The translations under genes were made by a program, and so were the position numbers. A stretch of 59,448 nucleotides of DNA, filler included, from Jimgerdemannia flammicorona (taxonomy: Eukaryota): NCBI GenBank assembly GCA_003990765.1. It is 3 parts of 3 records of this genome, joined end to end, with 100 filler letters (N's around TTAATTAATTAA, not from the genome) between each part and the next. Parts side by side here need not be neighbours in the genome. Positions count along the whole stretch, not along the records: positions 1 to 19,751 come from RBNJ01001858.1; positions 19,852 to 39,600 come from RBNJ01001859.1; 1 more part is not named here. One strand, 5' to 3'. Under the pieces are notes generated by a model that was not told the DNA's origin, searched no databases, and saw nothing but the letters and a program-made list of their open reading frames with translations. Of this stretch, positions 13,403 through 26,426 are shown one piece after another (positions within the stretch are counted from its first letter, which is position 1; every line of letters starts with the position of its first letter).

Positions 13403-16181
13403 ACCAGCTTGACCATTGGTGACCAGAGGAGACTGGAAACAGCAGAACTCAAGAGTTTGCTCTGTCTTTGCCACATTCTGTAATACCAGACTGATAAAGT
13501 CAAATCCTTTGTTAGTGTATAGTATGCCCAGATATATATAGGAGGGGGGTCGCAGGCAGGGCTTACCTCCAATCTATACAGTACAGTCAGCAGAGCCAAC
13601 ATAACTGCATTTCTTGGAGTTGAGCTCCATATCATTCACCAAGAGCTAATTCTCACAGAAGTCAATCATCTTCTGCCCTTTTGTAGTAGTACAGGGGTTG
13701 AGGGCAATATTATTAGTAAAGAAGAGTTTGAGAGGGAAGTTGTACTCCTTAAACTGTTTATCAAGGAGGTGGCAAGAGGGTCAATAAAGACATCAAAGAG
13801 CCAGGGAGAGAGGAGAGAGCCTTGTAAGAGACCACACTCAGTAGAGACTGAAGGAATGACGAGGCCATTGACAACCACTTAATAAGAACAGTAATTGAAC
13901 AGGCTTCAAATAATGCTAAGGAGGGCTATATCAGTACCTTGCACCTCAAGTTGGGAATGAATGAGCTTGAGAGAGACTCTGTCATAAGCCTGCTGGAGGT
14001 CAAGAAAGACATGGCAGCCCCACCCCTTATCCCAAGTCTCATATAAAAGCAAGACATGAGAAAGGGATAAGAAGTGAGTTCAGAAGCCATCTTGGCTGTG
14101 TGAGATTTCTGTCAGGCTACTTTGGCTCTAGACATAATCTTCCAAATATCACTTAAAGAGTCAACAAAACATTTTAGTAAGAGTGATGAGACAAAATCCA
14201 TCAATTGTCCAAGATTCCTCCTTCTTGAGAACTGGAGTGATGATGGCAGAGTTCCGGTGGTAAGAAGTGAGTCCCCAAACCATACATATCTAGAAGAAGA
14301 ACTACAAGGCTTTAGATAGACTATAGAGAGCATCTTACTTGCCTGCCATCATCTAAAGGATCCAGATATGTAAGGAGTCAGCCCCACAGACCTTTGAGAG
14401 GGGGTAGCTACAGATAGCCCTCCAAACTACAGATTGGTTAAATCAAGACTATAGCCTAAGAGCACCCACACTAAAAGAGAAGATGTGCTCAGAGTCATCA
14501 AGGCAGAGAGAGGCATTCGGTTAGCTGAAGATAGTAGTGAAGTGAGCAACCATATTATCAAAAACCAAAACAGTAAGAGAGTGAGATTGAAGGAGAGTAG
14601 GGGGGATAGAGTAGTATGCATACTTAAAATTATAAATAGCATCAGAGACCAAGGATGTACTATGAAGAAGATCCTGCCAAGAGAGTAGTACTGCCCTGAT
14701 TACTCTTGTCACATAGGAGCCAAGAATGTCCTTATAGACAGACTGTAGACCAGAGGTCAAAAGAGCATCAAGAGAATCTATGAACTACTGGAAATCTTGC
14801 ACAGAGCAAAAGCCTGCAACATGGTCTCGAATAGAGTAGATAGACCTGATAACAGTATTGCAAACAATATCTGCTGATTCCTGAAGGTAGGCTTGAATGA
14901 CCAGATCAGTCAGGTATTTCACAGAGTAATATCAGATGCCAGCTAAGGCAGCAACTGGTGAGAGGGAGAAGAGAAAGGAGATGGTAAGGTGGGAGGAGTA
15001 GTCAGTAGCAACAGGGGGAGTAGTGTATGTGAGGGACGTATGGAGAGATAGAGTGGCAAACGCGTAATCAATACATGTAGATCCAGCCACTGAGGTCAGG
15101 TGGTTCAATGACTATGTCATCAAGGAGATATCAATGATGTCCATCTGATCTCAAGGACAAGAATTAATATCACTAAGGCAGGCACCAAAGTAGGTATTGA
15201 TGTCACTGATCAGGAGGGCCTTGTCTGAGAAGGGACTAGATACAAGATTATAGAAACCACCAATGGGAAGAGAGAGGGGGGCATAAACCCCAACCAATGC
15301 CAAGCTCTGGAATTTGAGCTGGATATGAAAGTAGTCAGTAGACCTGAAAATGAGGGGGGCAAAATGGTTTGATATGAGAACCATGAGGCCACCATTCTGG
15401 TGACCAATAACTCTGTTTGATGCCAGTGTAAAGGACATGTAAAGGAGTAGAGAGGGACACAGTAGAATGGGCTATATTTTACATATGAAAAGAATGTTGA
15501 GAGCAGGACCAATCAACCAACTGAGTACATTGAACTTGTCCTAAGTTAGTTTATATACATTGAGGAACCTGACTCTTATTGTGGACTGGGTGTATTAGCA
15601 CTAATAGTGTGGGAAGTATCTGAGGAGAAAGTCTTGGCTTCCAAATTTATTGCCATCTCCCCAGTTATGGCCACAGTACCACTTGCCTTTAAAGCAGAGC
15701 CAGCCGACAGGAGGGCAAGAGAGGAGAGAGCAAGGCAGGGTTCTACAGCCCATGCCTTATAGAAGGTCTACACCTTAGGCCTCTTCACAGTGGCTTCATC
15801 AGCCAACTACTAGACCTAGGTATAGAAGAATTGGAGTATCCATACCTTCATAGCCTCTATGGCATTCTTGTTGTGGGGGAGCACAGGGTCTAAGGCCATA
15901 CTGAGAACTCAAGCACCTTCATCTTCTTTGGGAATACCATGATATAATCAGGGTGAAGCAGAAATTTGATAGTTGACACTAAGATATTCAATATGTTAAG
16001 AACTTTTGACAATATTATATAGACATTATACAAGTTCTTCTGGATCTGTCTGATCTTCAGATGGGCAAACCAATTAATATAAATATACTGCAGCTGAGTG
16101 CCTCTTTCAGTTAGTGATAAATAAGAGGTCAGCTTATGAGTCATATATGAAAGAGCAGTGGTAGTAGCAGCTCTTTCTGTC

Positions 16182-17220
16182 ACTGCAGAAGATATGGGAG
16201 AGGCGGACATCACCTAGAGGCATGTCTGGGGATCTTCTTTCATTAGTTGGACTTCAGAACACTGCGCAACTGAGATATAAAGGCTTCTGGTGGGGTATAG
16301 CTGAGGGGGCACACCGCATTGGTATTCACTGACAAGGGGATGAAGGGGAGAGGGCTTGGGGCCCAGCGATGTGGAGATGGGATGGCATTCTTCTGGGAGG
16401 CATGCCTTTACTAGAGTTCGACATTAGTGATGGCATCGAATGCCAAAGGGGACCAGGTCAGGATCTATAGCCTAGTGGTTGGTAAAGAGTTAGAATTGGT
16501 GAGGAGTGGGATTGGCAGGGGGTTTGGACCTGGAGTGCCACAGTGAAAAATTGGATGCCACCGAAGTACTGGATAGTCTGGTGGCGTGTGCTGAGGAGGA
16601 ATATGATACTTAACTTCTGCTCAGGACACCTTGTTGTCAGGGGCTGCTTTGACTGCGAGGAGTGCCATAATGTAGAGCAGGAAGGGGGATTGATACAGAT
16701 GCCAGAACATTGGCTAGGGGATTGTGAGGTGTTGAGAGACTTTTGGCAGAACATTAGGAACCGCTTGGGGGTGAGGTGTAGGGGTGATGATGTACGGGGG
16801 AGGTGGGAGGATCTGAGGGATTGATTGATAGGAGGGGTAGGGGATGAGTGGATTATGTCAGGCTGGGCGTTGGCTATTTGGGTGGGGCTGGCCGGCCACT
16901 GGCTATTTGTATTTGAGGAGGAGAAGCGACCGAGCTTGAGGAGCCGGTTAGCAAGGTGGCAGTTCCTGATAGAGGATACCTTAACAGGCTGGTGGCTTGG
17001 TTGGGGGCTGCAGGGGGGTCAGCGGTACTGCTTGGTGTTGAAAATCTGTGGTCTGAGTGGTGGGAGAGTTGGAGTTGTTGGCGAGAGGGTGGTCTTTATA
17101 TGTGAAGAGGTGGGGTGGGGCCCCCTGATGGGGATTGGTTAATGGGTGGTAATATTGTATAATTATTTATAGACTGGTAATAAAGATGGAGTCCAAGGGA
17201 CTATAAAAAAAAAAAAAAAA
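16182..17220 (+). mobile_element. 5'-truncated LINE-A-related copy (diverged subfamily)
   Basis: Perfect 17-bp TSD TAGCAGCTCTTTCTGTC (16165-16181, 17221-17237). Poly(A) ends at 17220. Encodes the ORF2 C-terminus (FDCEECHNVEQ...EHWLGDCEV). Confidence 0.9.
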
Positions 17221-18342
17221 TAGCAGCTCTTTCTGTCTCAGAGTAGATCTGAGTCCTATTCTTGATAGAAAGCTTCTTGGTAGTAGCAGAATATAATTTG
17301 GTGCAGGCAGAGGCTGAAGCAGGGGATGAAGATGGACTGGCAGTACTGGTTCCTACCAGTATATCTGAGATACAGGTCCAGGGGCCTTAGCTTCACTCTT
17401 TTTAGAGGGTGTGGCTTTGGCAGCTGGGGGCACTACTGTGGAAGTTGCCTCCTTTGGTAGCACACCAGACTGTGATGTAGCATCTTTAGCAGCCCACTTG
17501 TCTGCTTGCTTCTGAGCCTTCAACTGCATATTCATGGCAGGACCAGTAGGAGGGGGGGCTGAGGACTTAGGGAGTGCAGATATGGAAGAGGCAGCAGGGA
17601 TACTCACTGAAAGAGCACCAGATGATGAGGGAGCAGTAGGTACTGAATGTGCAGTAAGCTGTTCCATTAGCTAGATATTGATCTTAGTTAGTTCAGTCAC
17701 TTGGATCAGTAGATCAGAGATCTGCTTCCTCATTATAGCCATCTCCATGACCAGATCAGGGTTGGCTGAGGGACCCACATAACTGGCAGTTGGGGTCATA
17801 CTCAAACTAGTGTTCAGGTGACCATACTTGTTCTGATTGAGAGGTGGGGACATAGAAGAGGAGGGTGGGTACTGTGTATTATAGTCTAAATAGGAAGAGA
17901 TTGCAATCTCTTCATCATCTTTCACATTGTGCAGAGAAGATAAGTATGCCAATATTGGTTATGCATTCTCACATGACCTGCACATCTCTGTAAGGCTACC
18001 CTCACTAAAGCTGAAGAAGAGAATACTGATACTGTGACATTCAGTATAGTAGAGAGAGATGCTAAAGTATACAAAGAGATAGGTAGCATTGCCATCATCA
18101 CTGATGATTGAGGAGGTAGCCAATATTGCTGGAATAGACAAAGTATATTTGTTTGTATTTGTTGTGAAATTGTGAAATGTAGGTCTCATGATCTTTGTTT
18201 TTGTAATAAAAAAAATAATATAGTAAGAATATTTACACCCAATGAGAGACTTAGCTAATCAAAGTGGCTGCTTTCTTAATTGGAAATAGCTTCGGGACAT
18301 AAAGCAAGTCTAGCCAAATGGGAAATCACAGGGTAGCTTGGA

Positions 18343-18490
18343 TTAGGGTTAGGGTTAGGGTGAGTGGCTTGGGTTTGGGTTAGGGTGAGTGGCTTGGGTT
18401 TGGGTTAGGGTGAGTGGCTTGGGTTTGGGTTAGGGTGAGTGGCTTGGGTTTGGGTTATGGTGAGTGGCTTGGGTTTGGGTTAAGGTTAGG
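18343..18490 (+). repeat. Telomere-type repeat tract: (TTAGGG)3 followed by five 25-bp units TGAGTGGCTTGGGTTTGGGTTAGGG
   Basis: Read directly. Units start at 18361, 18386, 18411, 18436 and 18461. Confidence 0.95.
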
Positions 18491-18564
18491 CTTCAAGTAA
18501 GGATTTATTCATTGTAGAGAAGATAAGATATATCAGAGCAATAAATAATAAAGACTTCTAAGAT
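18491..18564 (-). mobile_element. Probable 3' terminal fragment of a third LINE-B copy
   Basis: Matches 11290-11363 and includes the minus-strand AATAAA. Confidence 0.6.
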
Positions 18565-18575
18565 ACATAGTTCTG

Positions 18576-19751
18576 TGCCTCTTTCTCTACTACTTTACCA
18601 GTCATAATGGTTTGATAAGCAATCTTTCAAGTCCTCTTTCCACAATTATTACCTACTCTACCTTGGGTTGGTTTGCTGTACCTATTGCAGGGCAGTGAGA
18701 GGGAGGCAATGGTGATGAGTTATCCCTTTATCAATATTAGATCAGTGTCTTTTCTACTTTTTTATAATTTTTGATATCTTTGGCTATATCTGGAGTATAT
18801 CTATTTTAGTGCAGCGCCTTCTTCCTTTTACTGTTGCTAACAAGGTATTGTCTTAGTATATCTCGGGCTATGTAGAGAGTCGGCCAACCTTGGACATTAA
18901 GTGCTCAGTATAGGTTATATACAAGTCCTCGGTATCTGTGGTTTAGCCCTCTGGCTTTGGCAAGCTTCCTGGCACATATGGTTCTGACATAGGTGACTGC
19001 TTTTTGGGTATTGCCAGGATGGGAGGGGAGATGGCTGTCACAGATAGAAGGATGGGCAATAACAGTGGACCAGTAGGATGCTAGGTTGGAGGAAGTCATT
19101 GAGGCTAGGGCAGGTGCTGCTTCGGTAGTGCCTTTTAATTGGTGTGGTATAGTTAGGTTGCAGGACTCACTCTCAGCTTCTTTTGGCAAGTTGGCTGGTT
19201 AGGCCCCAGTCATCAGGGGGGGTCAGGAGACCTGAGGCTATCCATTTCAGGCATCTTGGCTATGCTCAACTAGAACTGGAAGCTGATATGACAATCTGAT
19301 CAAGGTCTGTAGGCTTGAGTAGTGGAGTATTAGGGGTCTCCTCTCACCTCATATGTAAGTTCTTTACCCACCTTGACTGGGAGAACGAGGCCCTACCCAT
19401 CATGTTGTACTTTGATGAGAGTTTTTCTTTGTCTGTCATTCTCTTTGGGGTGGCAGTGGCTATTCTATTCAGCTTGAGTATGGTCTTATATATATGTTGG
19501 ATTCTCAGGTATATGCTTTCAGTCATTGGTGTATGGTTGGATTTCTCCTAGTAGTAGGGAGAGCATGGTGTGTAGAATGAGTTTTAGGCCAATATAGACC
19601 CTGCTGTACATAGCATAGTTGAGCTGCTGGATAATAGCTAGCCTAGGTTAATGGGGGGGCAGTGCTTGGTGAGTGGTGGGGGAGGGTTTTGGCCTATATA
19701 GTCTAGGTTCCCTTCTAATAAAAATCTGTGAGACATTGAGTCTGTTAAAAA
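18576..19751 (+). mobile_element. SINE-like retroposon copy 2; the contig ends in its A tail
   Basis: Full-length homology to the reverse complement of 51701-52879. Confidence 0.85.
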
Positions 19752-19851
19752 NNNNNNNNNNNNNNNNNNNNNNNNNNNNNNNNNNNNNNNNNNNNTTAAT
19801 TAATTAANNNNNNNNNNNNNNNNNNNNNNNNNNNNNNNNNNNNNNNNNNNN
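19752..19851. other. Artificial contig spacer
   Basis: N44-TTAATTAATTAA-N44, which puts stops in all six frames. Confidence 0.97.
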
Positions 19852-21264
19852 TTCAGCTTGGATTGGCTCATGATAGCCTTGTACTTGTTGTACTGGTCTA
19901 TAATCTGCTTCCCAACATCCTTGTGCTCCAGCAACTTGCTGTTCAATGTTTCAATATCCCATCCTGATAACTTGCCTTTGGAGTTCTGGGTATAAGCCAT
20001 TGAGGAAGGTAGTTGAGGCTAGAGCCAGTTAGACTGCTGGTTGAAGGTTCACCTTGATCACTTGAGCTTGAATCCAATGGTAGAAACTCTTGGGAGTTTC
20101 ATTGGCAGCTTGGCTCATATAGGTCAAAGCCTCCTGTGCTTCTTGTTGGTGCTCAAATCCATTGAACTGGGCATGGAGCCAGGCTTTGTGAATCATGTAC
20201 CTTGCTATATAGTTTCTATCAGGTTGAAGGCCATCATTCAGTTCCTCTGCATGGATTCCTCCTCCAGCTTGCTTGGCTTAATTATACCTCTGTAGGGCTG
20301 GTCCTCTTAGGAGTGACTCTACAATTCTGAGTTTTCTTGCAGCATCCCATTATTTGGTGGCTGCTTGAACTTCAATTTCTCCAAAGAATTCCTCGATGTC
20401 TTCATTGTCTGCACCATAGAACTTCTGAAGGTAGCTCATGTCTGGCTCATCTTCACTATCTGAGTATTGTTCAGGGGTAGGGGATCTGGTGGATCCTCAG
20501 GGTGATGGGAAAGGTGATGGTGCTAGTACTTGATGACCTAGTGGTGCTGGCAGAGGGCAGTATCTTGGTGAGGGTGAGGGTAATCTGGCTCTTCTAATTA
20601 ATGCTGGGGTTGAAGTCCTGGGTAGTAGTGGAGATCTTCTGATTGACTGGTGATAGTGGTGAGGTATGAGTGACTAGGATACTGAAGTTCAAGCAACTGA
20701 TGATGGGAGTGGACTGATATAACTGATAGTGAGTTTGTCTACCCCTTGCTGTTGTGAAGTAGTGAGGTCTTGTTCACCTTGTTGTGGGTTTGTGTCACTG
20801 TCTGGATAATAGTATAGGTTGAATTCATCCCTTTGATGGTCTGATCCCCAATCATTATCTTGCTCTGGTTGATATGGATGGTAGTCCTCTTCTCCTCCTG
20901 ATGTTTCAAAGTATACCTGGTCTAGTAGAGTGACTCAAGTAACAACAGTAGTTATGTACTCACTTCTGTCTGAGTTCTTCCTATGGATAAGGGTCTGATA
21001 CTTCTCAGGGATATCCTCTTCTTCTTCTTGGCCTAAGTCTTGGATCTGAAGGGGCAGTTCTGGTTGTCCTCTGAGTTGTCTCCTTTCTCTTGAAGTCAAA
21101 CCATAATCTGGGTCACTTCTTTCTTCTGATTCGATTTTCTGGCTACTGGAGTTGAATAGGGTCCTGGCTACTGTTCTAACAAGGGTGTGGGCTTTCTTTT
21201 CTGCTGAGGAGGGCTGTTGCTGCCCCTGGTTTGGTTGCTGACTTGGTCCTGCTAAGTTCTCCAC
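19852..21264 (-). pseudogene. gag: Gypsy-A copy 1, gag region (truncated by the contig start)
   Basis: Degenerate reading frame directly downstream of the LTR and PBS. Called by position rather than by a diagnostic motif. Confidence 0.65.
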
Positions 21265-21313
21265 TGTAGATAGCTGGGTTCTTGAGCCAAATGGTCAAGT
21301 CTTTTGAAAACTT

Positions 21314-21330
21314 TCCCAGTTGAGCCCCCA
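21314..21330 (-). promoter_or_regulatory. Primer-binding site, tRNA-Pro type
   Basis: TGGGGGCTCAACTGGGA lies 3 nt after the LTR terminal CA. It resembles the canonical tRNA-Pro PBS TGGGGGCTCGTCCGGGAT. Confidence 0.8.
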
Positions 21331-21333
21331 AAA

Positions 21334-23584
21334 TGTGGCATGCGGTTTGTATCTCTAGTTGCTTCTTATATGGCTCAATGTGTGCCACTGGTGAAGCGCG
21401 CAATGGATAACTGAATGTGTTGGTGATGTTCACAGGTCAATGGTCTTGTGACAGGTCATTTGATTCATGCGGTAATTGATAATAGCAGGAGATTGTTCGA
21501 CAATGGCTCAATTGTTTGATGATGAGATCATATGGTTGTTCAACAATGGTGGCTCAATTGTTTAGTAGATAAGGGTAGCAATTATGCTGGCTAAGTTTCC
21601 TGGCAGCAATTAACTTGGCGGCAAACTTGGCAATGGTCTTGACTTTAAACAGTTCGTAGCGCAGTAGGTTGGGAATCGGTCAACAGCTCACTCGTCCATC
21701 TTGTTTAACTTGAAAGGGCAGGATAACTTGGGTCTTTGGTGGTCGTTCAGGTATCTTGGTGGGTCTTAGGCTGCAGTCTTGTTTGGCTGGGTATCCTTGG
21801 GTTCCTTGGTTTTCCAAGTCTTGAATCTTGAATGGTGGCAGTCAGTGGTCAGGTAACATTTTCTTTCTTTCTGTGGCAAGAGAAATTCTTTAACTCAAAC
21901 CTCGAGTGATCCGTTGCTCTAGTTATTTTGTTCTCTGAATTCTGTTCTCTTGGAGGCAGTGGTTATTTCTCAAAACCAGTTAACTGAGGTTTATTCACTC
22001 TAAGAATATGAGTTATTTATATAAGTTTGCTAGCTATGAGTGCAGCTAAGGTATACTACATTGTGGCAAACATTCGCTATGCTATTGGCTTGCATGATGC
22101 GAGGTGCAGGCTATTGTTTACTATGGATTGGATTGTAGGAGATAGCAATGCTGGATGCGGATGAGCTGATATGAATGCTGATTGTTGCCAGAAACAGTTG
22201 TGGAGGGTGGCAATGCTGAATTCGGACTTGCTGACAAAAATGCTGAAAACGGTTGTACTGGGTAGCAACACTGGATTCAGATGAGCTGACATGATATGAT
22301 AATTGTTGCCAGAAATGGTTGTGGAGGGTAGCAACACTGAAAACGGACTTGCTGACTAAAAGCTGGGTTCTCATGGCTGATGGGCAGTACTCTAGAGGGA
22401 ATAGTACCCTTCATCCATGGTGGGCAAATCTTGCTGGGTTATGATTTCTTCTTCATCATATCTCTCCTCAAAGGGGGGGAGTGCTGGCCAAGAGATGAGG
22501 GGGTAGAAAAGTGGCCAGTCATCTTCAACAACATTTTCCAATCCCTGAACTACTTGAATACAGACAGAGGACTGGTAGACTCTCTGTTGCTCCTCTTCTT
22601 CTTCTGAAGACTTGTCAGTTTCAGTATCAGAGGGGGTTTCTTCAGGGGCAGGGTCTTGGAGTTCTTGGGCCTCCTCTTCAAAGACAGGAACTTCTTGGGC
22701 TTCTTCTTGATTTGGTTCCCAAATGATGAGGTGTGAATTGTGACTGACAGGGTGGTGGGTGGTTGGGGTAGCTCCAATGGGTGCCTCTATAGTGATGGGT
22801 GGTCCTTCAAATATCTCCATAAGACTTATTAGGTGACCTTGATGGTTGTCTTGGAGTGGGGTAGTGTGGGAATCTGGCTGAGTGGGTTCAGTTTGTTGGC
22901 TTCCTACAGCGACATGGTTGCCGCCAATAGAGTTGGCTATTTCAGATTCTATCCAGTCAGCATCTTCGGTTGACAGGCAGGAGAGGCTACCAGCTGTTAC
23001 TCCTTGCAAGTGTGCTATAGCCTAGGGAATATGGTAGAAGATTTGATAGACATAGAGGGCTCTCTTGATTAGCCTGCTGGTGGTTAATATTTTGGCAATG
23101 AGGTCTTCCTGGTTGCCTTCTTGAGTTTCATTATGAAGGCAGTGTCCAATTTTGTAATCATGCCAGAGGGTCATTCGTTCAGTGGTATCTTTGAGCTGTT
23201 GGGTCATTATGTACTGGTAATTGATGAAGTGTCCAAGGTCCTCGGTGTAGAAGTTCAGATATTCAGAGGTGTCTGGGTACCAAATAGCCTTCTTGATAGC
23301 TTCAAGGATTAGAGCCTTTGGGCCAGGCAAGGGGGAAGAGCAGTGGGAGGTCTGGTTGGGGTGGCAGATAGGAGGCATTGTGTGGTGGGTACTTGTTCTT
23401 TGGTGCTGATTCCTGAGGTAGAGTATGGTTCTTTAAATAACGTAGTCTTTCTTTTGGCTCAGATTATCATTGCTCCTTTTGGGGTGATCACCTAATGAGT
23501 CAGGCTGTCTATTCGATTGTCATGCCATTATGTTGTCTGATCTTAGCAGTCACCAGTACTCCATTGTCAATTGCATACATCACA
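21334..23584 (-). repeat. Gypsy-A 5' LTR (2251 bp)
   Basis: TG...CA termini, adjacent PBS, colinear with 34927-37253, flanked by ATATAT. Confidence 0.9.
22392..23378 (-). pseudogene. LTR-encoded ORF of Gypsy-A with one in-frame TGG>TAG stop
   Basis: ORFs 23022-23378 and 22392-23009 are in frame and match the intact ORF at 36060-37046. Confidence 0.85.
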
Positions 23585-23694
23585 ATATATATATATTCAT
23601 ATTTGTGTTTATGAATGTACTTATAAATATTTTTCTCTCACATTCTTTTTTTTATATATATAAGTAAATTATATGATAAGTTTTATTTATTCAC

Positions 23695-24012
23695 AGGATT
23701 CAAATTAGATAATTCAAATTCTATAGAAATATGAATTTGATGATTTGAATCTGATAATTCAAATTCATTAATTCAAATTTAGTAATTTTAATCTGAAGAT
23801 TCAAATCTGATAATTTGAATTCAGTGATTCAAATTCAGTAATTTGAATCACCAGTTTGAAGATTTGGATCAGAGCAGTCACAATTTGAACTAATTCAAAT
23901 TAATTATATAATGAATTCAAACTGATTCTGATCAGTTCAAATTGATTATATGATTAATTTGAATCAGTTTGAATCAAGAATAGTTACAATTTTAACTGGT
24001 TCAAACTGACTT
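23695..24012. repeat. Array of short TTCAAA/TTTGAA palindrome-derived repeats
   Basis: Many ATTCAAA and TTTGAA motifs occur on both strands within about 320 bp. Confidence 0.6.
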
Positions 24013-24165
24013 ATTTGGAGTACTATTTATAGACTCATCTAATAGTTATAAAAATACTGATAATGAGAAAGAGAATAATATTATTCTACTAGTTCTTAAT
24101 TTCAATTTAATCAATATAGACATTAGTTCTCTTTAAGAAGAAATAAATGAAATAAAATTATATAT

Positions 24166-25777
24166 TGTAATGATAATCTCAGAATGATGATATTAGTACA
24201 GAAGATAGTCTTTTCTTATAAGTCACCAGATCAGAGCACAAGAAGATCATATAGCATAACTCACTCAGGCTATAAGATGAGTAATGATGACTAACTGTGA
24301 GTCATTGTGACTATAAGACAGATATGTTGAGGAATATAAAAGAAGAATCAAGAAACCACAGTAGTAGCAGCTCAAATAAAGCTTACAGAAATAGTTCTAA
24401 AGACTTATCACAAACAAAATACCTGCTGCTCACCAAACCTCAAGGTCCAGAAATCACCAAGATCCTTCAGTCCAGGAAAGGATGTTTCAAGACATCAGAA
24501 GAGCTATGAGGACCTGTACAAGAAGGACTCTTAGCCTTAACCTGAGTACTAGTAACCCCTATCATTATATCCTCTACTTCTATAAAATAGAAATAAGAAT
24601 CACTATTGCTACTGAATGCCTCTGGATATGGCAGAAGTATGAAATAAGAAACCTTCTCTACTAGGAATTCCCTCAGGCCAGTCACCAAGAAATACAAGAT
24701 ACTACTCTCATGGATGTATATGAGATAAGGATAGCCAAGAAGATTCATCAGATCTTCAGACATGCACCATGGTTGATCTTCAACTTAGAGTACACTAGAA
24801 TCTCAGACTTCAAGAAACTGTCAGCCTACCATACCAATGCACTAGAGACCATAGTGGCCACAGAAGTCTGGTCCACTATCACCCTCAATAGTGATGAGAT
24901 AGGAGAATTCTGGAATCCTATCCTTGAGGACAATCATGATCAATTCCTATAAGGATTGATCTCAGCATTCCAAGACCCCAGTATCTAGATTAGATCTCTC
25001 CAAGACCACAATTATTCCTTATTTTGTGGAAGAGAATGTTATAAATTGGAGAGCCTGGGATCTCCTTGCTTTCCTCACCACTGAATGAGATGATGTCACC
25101 CACAATGACATCATCAATGATGACATCATCCTATGCAACATATACAAAACACACGAAATGAATATAGTGTTCACAGACCTCATCTCCTTCAAAGACATCT
25201 TGTTCCTGACCTCTAGCCTTGATAATAGTGATGAAGATGAAGCCCTTATGATCCTAAAAATTCTGCTCTGAGTTCTTAGTAATACTGGATTCTACCAGTA
25301 TCCTTTTTCTATATAACTATTATTCTTCTGGCATTCTGATCTTGCATAACTCAGAAATTCTTCTGGTATCCTTTTTCTATACTACCAAAATTCTGCTGAC
25401 ATCCTGAACTTGTGCAACTATTTGTACAGATACTTGAACTTGTACTTACAACTGTAGTTTTCTGTATTCCAGTATTTTGTTTAGTTATTAGAATTTATAT
25501 TTAGCTTTATAACTTGGCAATCATTGAATTATATTTTGTATAAATACCTCTCTTATTTCCTTTGAAATAAAGTCAGTTCTAGTTTACTTACTCTCAATTC
25601 TATACAAGCAATCTAAGAGATAACAAGACAGTTTAAAGATAAGAAGTTTGAGGACTATAAGACCTTGAGAAGGCACTCCAATAAGAACTTACTTATAACA
25701 AACTTATAGTTAGTCTAAGAGATATACATTGAAGAGAATCTGATATATTTGAAGAACTCAGTGACTACTACATGATA
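24166..25777 (+). repeat. Gypsy-B solo LTR with decayed internal ORF (~24419-25271)
   Basis: Homologous to 26185-27757. Termini TGTAA...CATGATA (CA>TA). 4-bp TSD ATAT on both sides. Confidence 0.85.
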
Positions 25778-26426
25778 ATATAAAATGAATAATCTTTGAA
25801 AAAGATATAAATAGCAATTATATAATCTAATAATAATATTACAAATAAGTAGTATACAAATAAAGAGATAAATAAGATATAAAAAATAATACAATAAACT
25901 CTCTAAATATTGATATAATAGTAATATAGTATTACTTAGCCACATTGCTTAACTTAGAGATTTATTTCAAAAGTAAACAGTATTTGCTCTAAATATAAAT
26001 AGTCTGTTTGCTCTAAGTATAAATAATATAGTTATATATATATTTAAATTAATATATATATATACTTAGTCAGAATTTATAAGTTATTACTTAGTAAATA
26101 TAGATAAATACTCTCAGTAATTATATTTAAAATAAATCAGTTTTAGTACAGTTCATATAAGAAAACTATAAGTTCTCTATAAATTGTAATAGTGACCCCA
26201 GAATGATGACATCAGTATAGGAGACAGTCTTTTCTTACAAGCCACCAGATTGGAGTATAAGAAGATCATATAGTATATGAGATAAGTGATGATGACCAAC
26301 TGTGAGTCATTGCAACCACAGTTCAGACATCTTGAGGAATGTAAAAGAAGGATCAAGAAACCACAGTAGCAGCAACCAACAAGACCCACCAATCTCAAAA
26401 TAGCTCAAAGACTTACTATAAACAAA

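Larger units (their letters stand above)
11291..18342 (-). mobile_element. LINE-B copy 2, apparently full length (~5.2 kb without its two LINE-A inserts)
   Basis: ORF1 ~15700-17950. APE ~15100-15600 (GVYAPLSL, LLISDINT). RT motifs GLLQGSLLSPWLFDVFID and FIRPQLEYG. C-terminal CLC..FHHGHLLKC near 12000. The 3' UTR has AATAAA just before the end. Confidence 0.85.

Noticed and set aside
16182..16460. Possible 5' inversion (twin priming) in the LINE insert
   Set aside because: It translates in the same orientation as the rest and matches LINE-A ORF2 at ~4550-4670.
18361..18485. CRISPR-like 25-bp repeats
   Set aside because: The units are contiguous with no spacers, and the context is eukaryotic.
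19796..19807. TTAATTAATTAA palindrome between N runs
   Set aside because: Artificial six-frame-stop linker, repeated identically at 39645-39656.
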